NCBI GenBank assembly: GCA_000165345.1
Contig: CM000431.1
Coordinates: forward strand, 352,001-416,000
Reading direction: 5' to 3'
DNA: 64,000 nt
Part shown: positions 42,828 to 52,819 of the stretch, piece after piece
How the letters are laid out: every line of letters starts with the position of its first letter
Position numbering within the stretch: the stretch's first letter is position 1
The notes under the pieces: generated by a model
What the model was told of the DNA's origin: nothing
The model's input: only the letters and a program-made list of their open reading frames with translations
The model's database searches: none
Position numbers and translations under genes: made by a program

Positions 42828-45236
42828 ATGGAGAATTCTGCGATAAATCATCCTTTTAAGAAGAAACTGAATAGAGTACTAGAGCTAAAGCTAGGAGAGA
42901 ATGAGGAATTAATTAATGGGCTTATCAGCTTAGACACAGTAGATGATATATCTGAGGGGATCCCAAAGCACTTAGTTACTGAATTACTGAATACTAAAGG
43001 TCAAAACAAGTGTAGATCCATGCAGCTTTTAATATATAAGTACCATCTAATGGTTGCAGAGAGTTGTTTGGACTCTTTAAAACCTTTTATTGATGATTTG
43101 AGAGCAATGAATAATGAAATCAGATCATTTGAAAAGGAGTTTAATGAGAATGTTACAACTCAGCTAACAAACTGGAATAAATTTACTTTTCCCCTTTTGG
43201 AGGAGTTTAGCATGATACAAGATCAAATACAATTAGTAGAGAATAAGAAAAATATGTGTAATACAATGTTATCACACTTAAGTACCAATTTTGTGGGCGA
43301 TATTAAGAACTTAAAATCTTCCATGGATGAATCCAAGGGGAATCTCTTGTTATCTTTAGTTGCAATTTACAACAAATGTATGGCCAGCGAAATCAATTCC
43401 AAGAAACTGATTGAAATCCTTTCTGGTGATTCACTAGATTCACAAAATACTTCGGAATCTGTCCTCTCTAAGCTTAAGAGTGACCGTGAATACTCTAGTA
43501 TGATACCACAAATTCTGATTAATCTGAAAGCATTAATATTAGATTTGGAACTTAAAAGAAATCAGCTGGCGACTGAAATCACAAGCTTCTTGGTTGATCT
43601 AGTGATCTCTAAGTCACCTGATGAATTTAATGATCAATTTGAACAGTCACAGAATGATGAAGATGAGACAGAAGGAATAGAAAAAGGAACTGAAGAGAAA
43701 GTATGTATTTTTGGAAGTCAAAGCTTTCAGGAGTCTGTCGAAATACTCGAGCTTCATCATAAAGAACAGTGCCATTCTTTACTTACCTGCGTTGTTGAAA
43801 CCAGATCAAAGTACTTGGAATATAGATTTAACCATATTATTGGTCATGGAATTTCTATTGGAGACAACAACTATTCCTCTAATCTACTGGACTACCTGGA
43901 GTCTATTTTCGAATGGATTCGCGTTTGTGGAGTTTCCATTGAGTCTGAATTTCTTATTAAAGCCTTTGGCTATCAGATGTGTGAAGATTGTGAGTTTGAA
44001 GAAAAGCATCTGGACTTTAACCAAAGCGATACTTCTGAGCCAGAATCACTTGATAACATGGCCAAGAATATTTTAAATAGCATTACTCATACACTTTGTA
44101 TCCCCTTTTCTGGAGCAATCAGAGATATTCTTCGTCAGTTTCATCCTCCACAGACATCCAGGCCGGATTCCACTCATCATTTTGGTAACCTAACTTCTCT
44201 TAAGATAGGAATTACTATTGGAATTAAAATTGCACATTTAATCAATAATTATGTTGAGACATTAATTCCAATGTTTAAGATCCTACCTAAGAGATTTAGC
44301 TCAAAACCAAAACAAGCCCGTCTTGCATTTCCTTTACTTATTCAGCGTTTTAAAGATTTAAGAGAAGAAGCAATTGCTCAATATTATGTGTATGCGGGAA
44401 TTGTCAAAGAAAACATATCCTCTCGCATTTCTGAAATCATAACTACAGACTTTTCCATATCCATTTTGGTCATGGAATGGTCTTCCCTCTTAAAAGACAT
44501 CCTCTCTACAATACAAAATGGAGTTCTTGCGATTTCAAATGACAACATTCCAAAAATTGAGGACATTAACTCTACCCTAACATCTATGCTTGACACCTTT
44601 ATTAACCCTATGTTTAATGCTATCTGTTCAGTTGCTACTTCAGACAAAACTCCTCTTGCATCAATCATTCGGATCAATAACGTAAACTACTGCCTCTCAG
44701 TACTAACAACTTTTCAAAAAATGAAAGTCCTATTAGAGAAACAGATTGAAATTGCAAATCAAATTATCAATGATGAAGTTTCCAAACTAACTGATTTTTT
44801 AAAAGAAGAATTTTGTGATAAATATAGATTTGGGGAACTGCTTAAAGAGCTTGAAGCCAAAAAAGAAGGTTTAACAACCCCCCAAGTATTTGAGGGATCT
44901 GCTAATAGTAATACTGACCCCAAACTTGAACCTAATTCTAACTACAATAGTAGTGAAAGCGATCCAGGCCAGGACCCACTTTTAATACTATCACAGGTTA
45001 TCATTGATCAGTTCTTTGAAAGTATCTTACGATTTGGAGCCATCCCTTTTGCCAACGCTGATCGAATTCAAGATAAACAAATTAGAAATAATATTTTAAA
45101 AAACCTTTTCGCACACATTTCCCGCCAATACGAGTTAATATTTGACCAAATTACCCTAATTTGGCCTCAAAAAAGTTCTTTTCTCAGGCACGACCCTCAG
45201 CAAATTAAGCTTATTTTTTCTAGTTTGACCGTTTAG
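42828..45236 (+). CDS. Large, mostly alpha-helical hypothetical protein of ~802 aa. It is possibly a vesicle-tethering-complex (CATCHR/COG/exocyst-type) subunit, but that assignment is weak.
   Basis: The track M at 42816 is a TTG; the ATG is at 42828 (MENSAINHPFKK). The long ORF has coding composition. I recognise no diagnostic motif. Confidence 0.5.
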   Translation: MENSAINHPFKKKLNRVLELKLGENEELINGLISLDTVDDISEGIPKHLVTELLNTKGQNKCRSMQLLIYKYHLMVAESCLDSLKPFIDDLRAMNNEIRSFEKEFNENVTTQLTNWNKFTFPLLEEFSMIQDQIQLVENKKNMCNTMLSHLSTNFVGDIKNLKSSMDESKGNLLLSLVAIYNKCMASEINSKKLIEILSGDSLDSQNTSESVLSKLKSDREYSSMIPQILINLKALILDLELKRNQLATEITSFLVDLVISKSPDEFNDQFEQSQNDEDETEGIEKGTEEKVCIFGSQSFQESVEILELHHKEQCHSLLTCVVETRSKYLEYRFNHIIGHGISIGDNNYSSNLLDYLESIFEWIRVCGVSIESEFLIKAFGYQMCEDCEFEEKHLDFNQSDTSEPESLDNMAKNILNSITHTLCIPFSGAIRDILRQFHPPQTSRPDSTHHFGNLTSLKIGITIGIKIAHLINNYVETLIPMFKILPKRFSSKPKQARLAFPLLIQRFKDLREEAIAQYYVYAGIVKENISSRISEIITTDFSISILVMEWSSLLKDILSTIQNGVLAISNDNIPKIEDINSTLTSMLDTFINPMFNAICSVATSDKTPLASIIRINNVNYCLSVLTTFQKMKVLLEKQIEIANQIINDEVSKLTDFLKEEFCDKYRFGELLKELEAKKEGLTTPQVFEGSANSNTDPKLEPNSNYNSSESDPGQDPLLILSQVIIDQFFESILRFGAIPFANADRIQDKQIRNNILKNLFAHISRQYELIFDQITLIWPQKSSFLRHDPQQIKLIFSSLTV

Positions 45237-45357
45237 TGAGGTTATTCTAGCATATACTAATTTACAAATATATTTATTAAAATCGTTCTCTATTATTTAC
45301 TCTTGATTTATTTATTTTTTCGCCTGCATTCACAATCAGGAAAAAACTAGTTATCTT

Positions 45358-45385
45358 CGTTTTCCCGCCTGCGCCACATGCAAAA
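45358..45385. promoter_or_regulatory. TTTTCCCGCCTGCGCCACATGCAAAA composite element (G-box + GCGCCA + CATGCA) 310 bp upstream of the PFK gene.
   Basis: Seen in the sequence. Confidence 0.45.
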
Positions 45386-45690
45386 TATTTTCAAGTTGGC
45401 CCTAGACCGAGGAAATTGCATGTGAAAAGAAAATTATCGAAAAAAATTAATATCAATAATAAAATAAATAGGTTTTACATATCAGCTTTGGAATCGGATT
45501 TTAAAAGGGAATAAAGGGCTGGCTTACTTTTCTAGATTTTTTTTTAAGAAGAAATAGAGAAATTAAGAACAAGAGCCAGCAGAATATAGAAATATAATAT
45601 CAATAGAAAAATAGCAATCACAACTAAAAGGTAATATCAGAGATTAGCAATATATTACCAATTAATTCAAAACTAGGAAAATAAGTAACA

Positions 45691-48600
45691 ATGAGTAACT
45701 ATAAACAAACTGAACTAAAAAGAAACAAGGGCGATTCAAGAGATGTTTCACTACTTTCTGCTTCAAGCTTGCATGAAGGCCAATCAAACATGCAAATGTG
45801 GAGGAGAAGGTGGGAGCCATGCCTACCACACATACTAAGATCCCCGTTATCTATTAAGGAAGTTTCAGCTTTTGAAGGAATGGGGAAAATGGAAAGATCT
45901 GACGTTTCTGCCTATTTTCCTTTAACATCTGGAAACAGTTTGGTGAAGTTTGAGGCCATTTCAGATGGAAGTAGCTCATGGAAGAAGTTTCCCGCCAGAA
46001 GAATCGGAGTAGTATTATCGGGAGGTCAGGCCTCAGGAGGTCATAATGTGATTGCTGGATTAATGTCTTATATTAAACTTTGTAACCAAAGTAGTCAGCT
46101 TTTTGGATTTTTAGGAGGCCCAGAAGGAGTATATAGTGGGAGATACAGAGAGTTAACTGAAGATGATATTAACGGTATACTTAACCAGGGAGGGTTTAAT
46201 ATTATTTGTTCAGGCCGTCACAAAATTGAAACAGAAGAACAAATGAGAGCTTCCTTGGAGATTTGTGAAAAACTCAAATTACATGGCCTAGTAGTAATAG
46301 GAGGAGATGATTCTAATACAAATGCAGCAGTTCTAGCAGAATACTTCAAACGTAACTCGTCTAGTACAGTAGTTGTAGGATGTCCCAAGACCATAGATGG
46401 AGATTTGAAAAACGAGGTAATTGAGACATCTTTTGGTTATGATACAGCAGTGAAAACTTATAGTGAACAGATTGGAAGTATTATGGATGCAATTAAAACT
46501 GAGGGATACGGATACTATTTTGTAAGGTTGATGGGAAGATCTGCATCTCACATTACTTTAGAATGCGGTCTTCAGACTAGAGCGAATATGATCTTGATTG
46601 GAGAAGAAATTAAGGAAGAGAACAGATCTTTGATGTCGATAGTAGACGAAATTGTAGAAATGATTCTAAAAAGAGATTCACTGGGAAAGAAACATGGAAT
46701 TGTATTATTACCCGAAGGGTTAATAGAGTTTATTCCAGAATTTGAGACTTTAATCAAAGAATTAAATCTTATTTTGCTTAAAACTAACGATAGAAAACAG
46801 ATTATAGATAGCTTAAGTCAAGAAATGAAGACTCTTTTCTTGGAGCTTCCTTCAGATGTACAAAATCAGCTCCTTTTAGAAAGGGATCCACATGGTAACG
46901 TTCAAGTAGCAAAGATAGCAACAGAAGAGTTGTTAGTACACATGGCAAAAGAAAAACTTGAGAGGGTAAAGAAGGATTATATTTTAGACAATGTTAAGAC
47001 TCACTACTTTGGATATGAAGGAAGATGCGCTTTACCTTCAAATTTTGATGCAAGTTATTGCTTTGCTCTTGGACATACTGCAGCAGCTCTTATAGACAAT
47101 CAGCGTTCAGGATATATGGCAGTAGTCAGGAAGCTAAGCTTAACTCCTGAACAATGGGAACCAGCAGGATGTCCTCTTACATATATGATGAATATTGAGC
47201 TTAGAAAAGGGAAGTCTGTTCCCGTTATTAAGAAGTACTTAGTAGATCTTAAAGGACAATCTTACTTAGCTTATTGTCAAGTTAGATCTGAGTGGAAGTT
47301 GAATGATTATTACAGAAATCCAGGACCAATACAATTTGATGGTCCTAATTCCGGAGTAACTAATTATATGATTTCTCCTCCAAGAGTGGAGGATTTACTT
47401 AGAATGGAGGATAGATGCGAGAATAAAATGAGTCATAAATTATCAGGGTCAGAAAGCTCTCAAAATAGATCAAAGGACGACATGAAGATACAGAAGATCC
47501 TTCTTTCAACAGCTTCCAAGTTTAACGATGATCTAATCATTTCCTCCTCATGCAGAGATTTAGATGCTTACATTATTACTAAATGTTTACCTCATCAGAC
47601 TGGGAGACACAACAGCAAAATACTACAATTAAAAGAGGAGGAATACTCATCAGGATTCACAGAGATAAGAGAGAACAGCCAGTCAAAATCTTCCATGGGT
47701 AATTCACTAGCTTGTGAGTCACTTGGATTAATTCTATCATGCCTTTCAACTCCTGGTACTCAGAATGTAATTTGTGGACTAGTCAATGGACTACCATCGC
47801 TTAAACAGCTTATAGTTTTTAAGTCTCTCTCAGACTTTTCAGAAGGAAAAGCTCTAAAAGTCGATCTTACTTCCGAAGGATCATTGGCTTTCTTTGAGAA
47901 TTCTCTCAATTCTGGAGGCTGTATATTCCCAAATGGAGTAGAAATAAAAATGAATGTCTCAGAAAAAAAGAGCTCAAATACAACTTTAAAAGCTAATGAT
48001 AACCAAGAATTCACAAACAGCTCTTGCGTTCTTTCATGCAAAGGGCTAGTTAGTAATGACTTCCTCTCTCAACTCTTGTCATTTTTTAATATGCGTGCAA
48101 TTGCAATTGTGGGGAACAGTGAGGCGGCAACGTTTGGCGCCTCTATATCGGAGCAATTAATTTGCATGTCGTTAAATGGCATGAAGAGTGAGATCCCAGT
48201 AGTGTTTGTTCCAGTTTGCTTGGAAAACAGTATTTCTCATCAAATGATTGAGACATGTATTGGATTTGACTCTGTAACTAAGAGTATTTCAACTTTGGTT
48301 GGAAATCTGTTAACAGATTCAGCTTCAGCAACAAAGTATTGGTATTTCATGAAGATGATAGGCGATAAGACTTCAAATGTTGCTTTAGAGGTTGGAATAC
48401 AAACTCATCCAAATTTGGTTGTAATTCCAGAAAGATATGCAGATGGAAAACTTTCAGTTTATGGTTCAGAAATGGCTGGGGTCACTTTAGATGATATTAT
48501 TACTGAAATTTGTGATATAATTTGTTTGAGATCTAATCAGGGAAATAATTTTGGCGGGCTCCTGGTATCAGAAGGTCTTTTTGACCAGGTATACCCAACA

Positions 48601-49674
48601 AGAGAGTATAGGAAGATATTTTCAAGGTTTAGCACTCAGAATTTATGTAATGCTTCAAATTCAGGATGCGAGATTCTGGGTTCTGAAAGTTTAAGTAGAT
48701 ATGAGAAAAAAGTTGTTGAGGATTTCAAACTTATATTTAGTGATATAGATACGAGACTTATTGAGAATTTGATTAATTCAAGAAAGATATGTGATGTTAG
48801 GACTGAGATTATACTCTCAGCTCTGGTTCAAAAGGAACTCAAATTTAGAAGGTCTAAGAATAAAATTAAGAATGGGATGAACCCAGTGTGCTTTAGTTTT
48901 ACAGATCAAGTCAGAGCTTGTATCCCTTCTGATTTTGACTCTACACTTGGATTAATGTACGGAATGCTTGCATCAAAAATAATTAATAGTAACTTGGTTG
49001 GGGGATATGTTACGGGGATTAAGGGGGTATTGAGCCAGACAGATAGTTGGAATATGTATGCTATTCCTATTTCCTCTTTAATGACTTTAAATATTGAAGG
49101 AGATAAAATACAGGATTCAAGAAACAACTCAAATCTTTCATTTGAATCAAAGAAACTTCTAACCGAATCTACACTAGGAAATGCTGGCCATCAACTTGAA
49201 TTCATATGCAAACTGAATTCCGTTAATTTGCGCAATAACCCTTCATTTAAACTTTTAATGAACCACATTGAAAAATGGGAAGTCGATAATACTTATGCTA
49301 ATCCAGGCCCTATTCAATACTTTAATCTATTCAAAAATTTATTCAACAGAACACTATTTGAAAGTGAATACGTTTATACGCGAAACCTAAAAGAAATGGA
49401 TCAAATATTACTTGAAATTAAGACATTATGCCAATTAGGTGTTGAAAAGGATATTTTAAACTCTACTATACAACACTTAAAGGCAATTCAAAATTCTATT
49501 TCAATAATGAGCAGCTGTAACCACAGAAAATCTAAACCAGAACAAATAGAATGCATACAGAAAACAAACTCAATAGCAAACTACACATCAAACTTAAAAT
49601 GCAAAAGCAATAATAATGAAACCAATCTGGAAATGATTGTTAACAATATTATTAATCAGGAAACTTGCAATTAA
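45691..49674 (+). CDS. Pyrophosphate-dependent phosphofructokinase (PPi-PFK), a long two-domain form with a catalytic N-terminal half and a degenerate C-terminal PFK-like half.
   Basis: ATG at 45691. The N-terminal half has GGDDS (VVIGGDDSNTNAAVL; Asp at the Gly position is typical of PPi-dependent enzymes), PKTIDGD (GCPKTIDGDLKN) and MGR (LMGRSASH). In the C-terminal half the same positions read VGNSEA, PVCLENS and MIGDKT, so the catalytic signatures are lost. Confidence 0.9.
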   Translation: MSNYKQTELKRNKGDSRDVSLLSASSLHEGQSNMQMWRRRWEPCLPHILRSPLSIKEVSAFEGMGKMERSDVSAYFPLTSGNSLVKFEAISDGSSSWKKFPARRIGVVLSGGQASGGHNVIAGLMSYIKLCNQSSQLFGFLGGPEGVYSGRYRELTEDDINGILNQGGFNIICSGRHKIETEEQMRASLEICEKLKLHGLVVIGGDDSNTNAAVLAEYFKRNSSSTVVVGCPKTIDGDLKNEVIETSFGYDTAVKTYSEQIGSIMDAIKTEGYGYYFVRLMGRSASHITLECGLQTRANMILIGEEIKEENRSLMSIVDEIVEMILKRDSLGKKHGIVLLPEGLIEFIPEFETLIKELNLILLKTNDRKQIIDSLSQEMKTLFLELPSDVQNQLLLERDPHGNVQVAKIATEELLVHMAKEKLERVKKDYILDNVKTHYFGYEGRCALPSNFDASYCFALGHTAAALIDNQRSGYMAVVRKLSLTPEQWEPAGCPLTYMMNIELRKGKSVPVIKKYLVDLKGQSYLAYCQVRSEWKLNDYYRNPGPIQFDGPNSGVTNYMISPPRVEDLLRMEDRCENKMSHKLSGSESSQNRSKDDMKIQKILLSTASKFNDDLIISSSCRDLDAYIITKCLPHQTGRHNSKILQLKEEEYSSGFTEIRENSQSKSSMGNSLACESLGLILSCLSTPGTQNVICGLVNGLPSLKQLIVFKSLSDFSEGKALKVDLTSEGSLAFFENSLNSGGCIFPNGVEIKMNVSEKKSSNTTLKANDNQEFTNSSCVLSCKGLVSNDFLSQLLSFFNMRAIAIVGNSEAATFGASISEQLICMSLNGMKSEIPVVFVPVCLENSISHQMIETCIGFDSVTKSISTLVGNLLTDSASATKYWYFMKMIGDKTSNVALEVGIQTHPNLVVIPERYADGKLSVYGSEMAGVTLDDIITEICDIICLRSNQGNNFGGLLVSEGLFDQVYPTREYRKIFSRFSTQNLCNASNSGCEILGSESLSRYEKKVVEDFKLIFSDIDTRLIENLINSRKICDVRTEIILSALVQKELKFRRSKNKIKNGMNPVCFSFTDQVRACIPSDFDSTLGLMYGMLASKIINSNLVGGYVTGIKGVLSQTDSWNMYAIPISSLMTLNIEGDKIQDSRNNSNLSFESKKLLTESTLGNAGHQLEFICKLNSVNLRNNPSFKLLMNHIEKWEVDNTYANPGPIQYFNLFKNLFNRTLFESEYVYTRNLKEMDQILLEIKTLCQLGVEKDILNSTIQHLKAIQNSISIMSSCNHRKSKPEQIECIQKTNSIANYTSNLKCKSNNNETNLEMIVNNIINQETCN

Positions 49675-49732
49675 TTCAATTACACATTTTGGCGGTAAGG
49701 CGCCAAAATGTGTGCAATCATATATTTTACGA

Positions 49733-50038
49733 AAAATTTAGTCCGAGATGAATCTCGCGAATCACTGAGATGCCAGGAAGTTACACAACTACTGTTATCC
49801 TTACACCGTACTACAGCGAACCCTTTTCCGTGCTCTGTTTCCAGCCTCCGGCGGTACGGGTTTCACTATCTCACAAGTCACCTCGGTCTCCACCAAGGCA
49901 ACTCTAGAGACTGCAGCCTTGTAATGGGCAGCCATCGTGCAATGTTACTTCCGGGATGTAGTGACACAGTATCCCATCCTAAACCTTTAACGACTCCACT
50001 TGGTTACAGCTGGGCGTTATCCCAGCCAGTCACTATCT
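49733..50038 (-). ncRNA. Signal recognition particle RNA (SRP/7SL RNA), about 305 nt, transcribed on the minus strand. Ends are approximate (±10 nt).
   Basis: Sharply GC-rich island in an AT-rich genome. The minus-strand read GUGAAACCCGUACCGCCGGAGGCUGGAAACAGAGCACGGAAAAGGGUUCGCUGUAGUACGGUG parallels the human 7SL S-domain GGUGAACCGGCCCAGGUCGGAAACGGAGCAGGUCAAAACUCCCGUGCUGAUCAGUAGUGGG (helix 8 GNRA loop GGAAAC, AGCA.GG, AAAA bulge). The minus-strand 5' end GGCUGGGAUAACGCCCAGCUGUAACC is Alu-domain-like (compare CCUGUAGUCCCAGCUACU). The 3' end runs into UUUUU (plus-strand 49732-49736), a pol III terminator. An AT-rich TATA-like stretch and TTTGGCGGGAA lie within 70 bp upstream (plus coordinates 50040-50107). 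The overlapping track ORF 49708-50040 is spurious. Confidence 0.7.
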
Positions 50039-50096
50039 AATGTTTTAGAATTTAGATTATTAAATACTTTACAATACTTTTGAATGACGGCTATTA

Positions 50097-50107
50097 TTTG
50101 GCGGGAA
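50097..50107. promoter_or_regulatory. TTTGGCGGGAA element placed between the divergently oriented SRP RNA gene (about 60 bp away) and the Kish gene (about 145 bp away).
   Basis: Seen in the sequence. Confidence 0.45.
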
Positions 50108-50249
50108 CTTACAGCTCATTTATTTTATATTTGTGAAATAGAGGGGGTGGTAAGAATATAAAAAATAAGCTGATATAATCATTGAAATTATTACAATTAT
50201 TGTTAGAATTGGCTGAGTGAAGATATTTCACAGTTAGTTCTCGATCAAA

Positions 50250-50468
50250 ATGTCTGCTCTATTCAATTTTCAAAGCATGATTGTGGTGGTCTTGCTGTCA
50301 ATATGTACATGCTCGTATTTACGTCCAAAAATTCCAGGCTTAATAGACAATAAAAAGTCAGGTTTTTTGGGAATTCTAGGTAAAATGGCGGTTATTGGAG
50401 ATAGACTTAGCCCATATGTGTCATTCGCATGCATTCTAATGGCAGGCATGACATTATTCTATAGATAA
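50250..50468 (+). CDS. Protein Kish (TMEM167/Ksh1), a 72-aa small membrane protein of the early secretory pathway.
   Basis: ATG at 50250. MSALFNFQSMIVVVLLSICTCSYLRPKIPGLIDNKKSGFLGILGKMAVIGDRLSPYVSFACILMAGMTLF is co-linear with human TMEM167A [70 protein letters not shown]. Confidence 0.85.
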   Translation: MSALFNFQSMIVVVLLSICTCSYLRPKIPGLIDNKKSGFLGILGKMAVIGDRLSPYVSFACILMAGMTLFYR

Positions 50469-50672
50469 TTCATTTCAAGGTTTTGTAATACATTTATGAC
50501 TACAAAATGAGTCTCACTCAAAATATCAGAAAGTTATACTTTGAGATTTTCAGGAATTATAAAGCTTAAAAGTTATCCATAATTGTAGCAAATTAAATAG
50601 ATATTTTAAATTAAATATTTTCTAAGTACTAAATATTTATCGTTAAGTTTGTGTAATAGGAATTTGTTCCGG

Positions 50673-51319
50673 CTACTTCAAACCAAATCTTAATTTTCTT
50701 GCTTGGATCTTCTTTTCATGATCTGGATCATTTACTCTTGACATTGTTCCAAACCTTTCTCTTCTATTTTTAATTTTGTCAGCTTCTGATATCATTCCAA
50801 ATCTTTCTTGTCTAAGCTTTCTCTTATCATCTTCTGACGTAGAACCAAATCTTTTTGAACGAGCAAGCCTTTTCTCAGCTTCTGTGGATGGGCCACATGC
50901 TCCAAACTTCTGTCTTCTTAATTCAACTCTTTCTTTTTCAGAAAGTTGGTTAACATCACTTATACATATTGTTTGTCTTACTGGCTCAGAAATGCTTACA
51001 TTCTTTTCTCCTTGATCAGTTTTTACTTCATTACTAGAATTAGTCATTGGCTCATCAAATTCCTCTTTCTCTGCTGATACAGATGTAGTAGCAGTAGCGG
51101 CTGGTACTGTACTATCTGTATGGTTATTTTGTGAGTCATAATCAATCAATGCTTGAACTAGTTGTTGCTAAAAAACAGAAAAAATTACAATTAATATTCA
51201 AATTTCATTACAGATTAAGATTAAAGTCAATTATCACATACCTTTCTCCCAGTAACAGATAAGCCTCTTTCTTTTAATAGCTCCTTCAACTCATCAATCT
51301 TTAAAGTATTATAGTTCAT
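50673..51319 (-). CDS. SAP-domain ribonucleoprotein (SARNP/Tho1/CIP29-like). Two exons, 51242..51319 and 50673..51167; intron 51168..51241.
   Basis: Exon 1 (minus strand) encodes MNYNTLKIDELKELLKERGLSVTGRK, which is a SAP motif. It ends at a GTATGT donor in phase 0. A TTTTTTAG acceptor follows, then QQLVQALIDYD... The C-terminus has Tho1-like RFG repeats (SKRFGSTSEDDKRKLRQERFGMISEADKIKNRRERFGT...KLRFG). Confidence 0.7.
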
Positions 51320-51473
51320 TTGACTAAAAGGCTTCGAATCTTAATTATGAATATATAAAAAGCTTTATGTAAATTCAACTTCCTTGTTTTTCTTTATTTG
51401 GCTTTCACAATTTTTGCCAAACTAGTTTTTTCATTTGATTATAACTTCTATTAAGAAAAAATGCTATCAGTTT

Positions 51474-51479
51474 GGCGCC
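51474..51479. promoter_or_regulatory. GGCGCC (CAGTTTGGCGCCTTTTAAG) about 155 bp upstream of the SARNP-like gene.
   Basis: Seen in the sequence. Confidence 0.4.
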
Positions 51480-51866
51480 TTTTAAGAAAATATTTAAATG
51501 AAAATAATAAAATATATGAAAGGATTTAAATGGTTAAAAAGAAAAAAAAGTAAATTTAGAAATAGTGAAACAAAGTGGGATATTTAAAATAATTACCTTT
51601 TAGATGGTTTGATTCATTTTAGCACTGCTTTTGAGCCAAAATCGATGCTTTAAATACTTATAGTTTAATTATCCCCCCTTAATTTGCTATTATAATAGTT
51701 TTAAATATGCATTATATGAATAGAACCTAAAGTAAAGATTGATAATATGCTTAATACAAATTTGGTTTCAATAAAAGCGGCCCACAATCTCCTTATTTGG
51801 AATGAAAATAGGCATTATTGCAACTTGCAAATGAGTGTAATATAGTGAATGTGTCAATTTCCGTAC

Positions 51867-52544
51867 TTAACGGGGAATTTTTCGAGATTTAAAGACAATT
51901 TTTATCTTTTCATTTTTCGCTTTTTGATAATCAGAAGTACTCTTCTCATTAAATTGTTGTTCTTCAAAGCTTCCTTCAATATCGGAAATACATGAGTAGA
52001 CTTTTTGGGATAAACTATTCTTTTTGATCTGGACACATCCTTCAATAGGCTTAAATGGGTTCGGGATTTGAGTATGATCTTGTTGTTCTAAGGTAATATT
52101 TCCTAAAAAGGCAGATTCAGACTCTTTAACTTCTTCCCATTTCCCAATAATTCCCATTTCGTTCGTTTTGTCATGGCTTTCATTATGATCTTTTTTTTCA
52201 AAAATATTCTTTGAATCATCAAAGGTATAATTGGCTGTGAAAACATTATCTCCAAAAGTGGTAGAACTTCCTGATCTGACTTCCTTATCTATCAGTTTGA
52301 TTCTTTTCTTTTCACGATTAGAAGTTTGCTCGACCCCTTGTAACTTCATAAACTCCTTTCGGACCTCTTCCTCATCTTTTTTCTTCTGTAGTTCCCTATA
52401 GTTTTCACTTTTCAACAACTTTCTTAAATTATAGTTGTGCCTTCCGCCTTCTTGGTGGCTTCTTATATTATTTGGATGATTTTCTATCCAAATTTTGCAA
52501 ACTTGACAATAATGTTTATTGTTTACCTCTTTGTTCCTCCTCAT
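51867..52544 (-). CDS. U1-type (matrin-type) C2H2 zinc-finger protein, WBP4/FBP21-like, with no WW domains.
   Basis: ATG at 52544. YCQVCKIWIENHPNNIRSHQEGGRHNYNLRKLLK...KKKDEEEVRKEF parallels the WBP4 N-terminus FCDYCKCWIADNRPSVEFHERGKNHKENVAKRI...KAKEEEKASKEF. Confidence 0.55.
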   Translation of the reverse strand: MRRNKEVNNKHYCQVCKIWIENHPNNIRSHQEGGRHNYNLRKLLKSENYRELQKKKDEEEVRKEFMKLQGVEQTSNREKKRIKLIDKEVRSGSSTTFGDNVFTANYTFDDSKNIFEKKDHNESHDKTNEMGIIGKWEEVKESESAFLGNITLEQQDHTQIPNPFKPIEGCVQIKKNSLSQKVYSCISDIEGSFEEQQFNEKSTSDYQKAKNEKIKIVFKSRKIPR

Positions 52545-52668
52545 ATATTCCGTATCTCTGAATTCCTCAGATCTATCTTTACTACCTATTTTAGCTTCAG
52601 TATAAGCGATTTACTTCTTTTCCTTTTTTTCTCTCTCTAATGAATAGTCCATTAATATGTAAAAAAAA

Positions 52669-52690
52669 GGCGCCAAATTCATGCAATGTT
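52669..52690. promoter_or_regulatory. AAGGCGCCAAATTCATGCAATG composite element 125 bp upstream of the WBP4-like gene.
   Basis: Seen in the sequence. Confidence 0.45.
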
Positions 52691-52819
52691 TAAATTGCCA
52701 TGCCCGTTAATATTATTGAATCAGGTAAGATATATAGAAAAAAAAAGTTAGCTATATAAACTTTAATTTCAAAGTAATAGAATTCTACAAATATTTGGTG
52801 GCAAATTTAGATCAGGGTT

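Noticed and set aside
49708-50040. 110-aa ORF listed in the track on the plus strand.
   Set aside because: It lies wholly within the GC-rich SRP-RNA-like island. The codon composition is unlike neighbouring genes and no protein motif is present. I interpret it as the antisense of a structural RNA.
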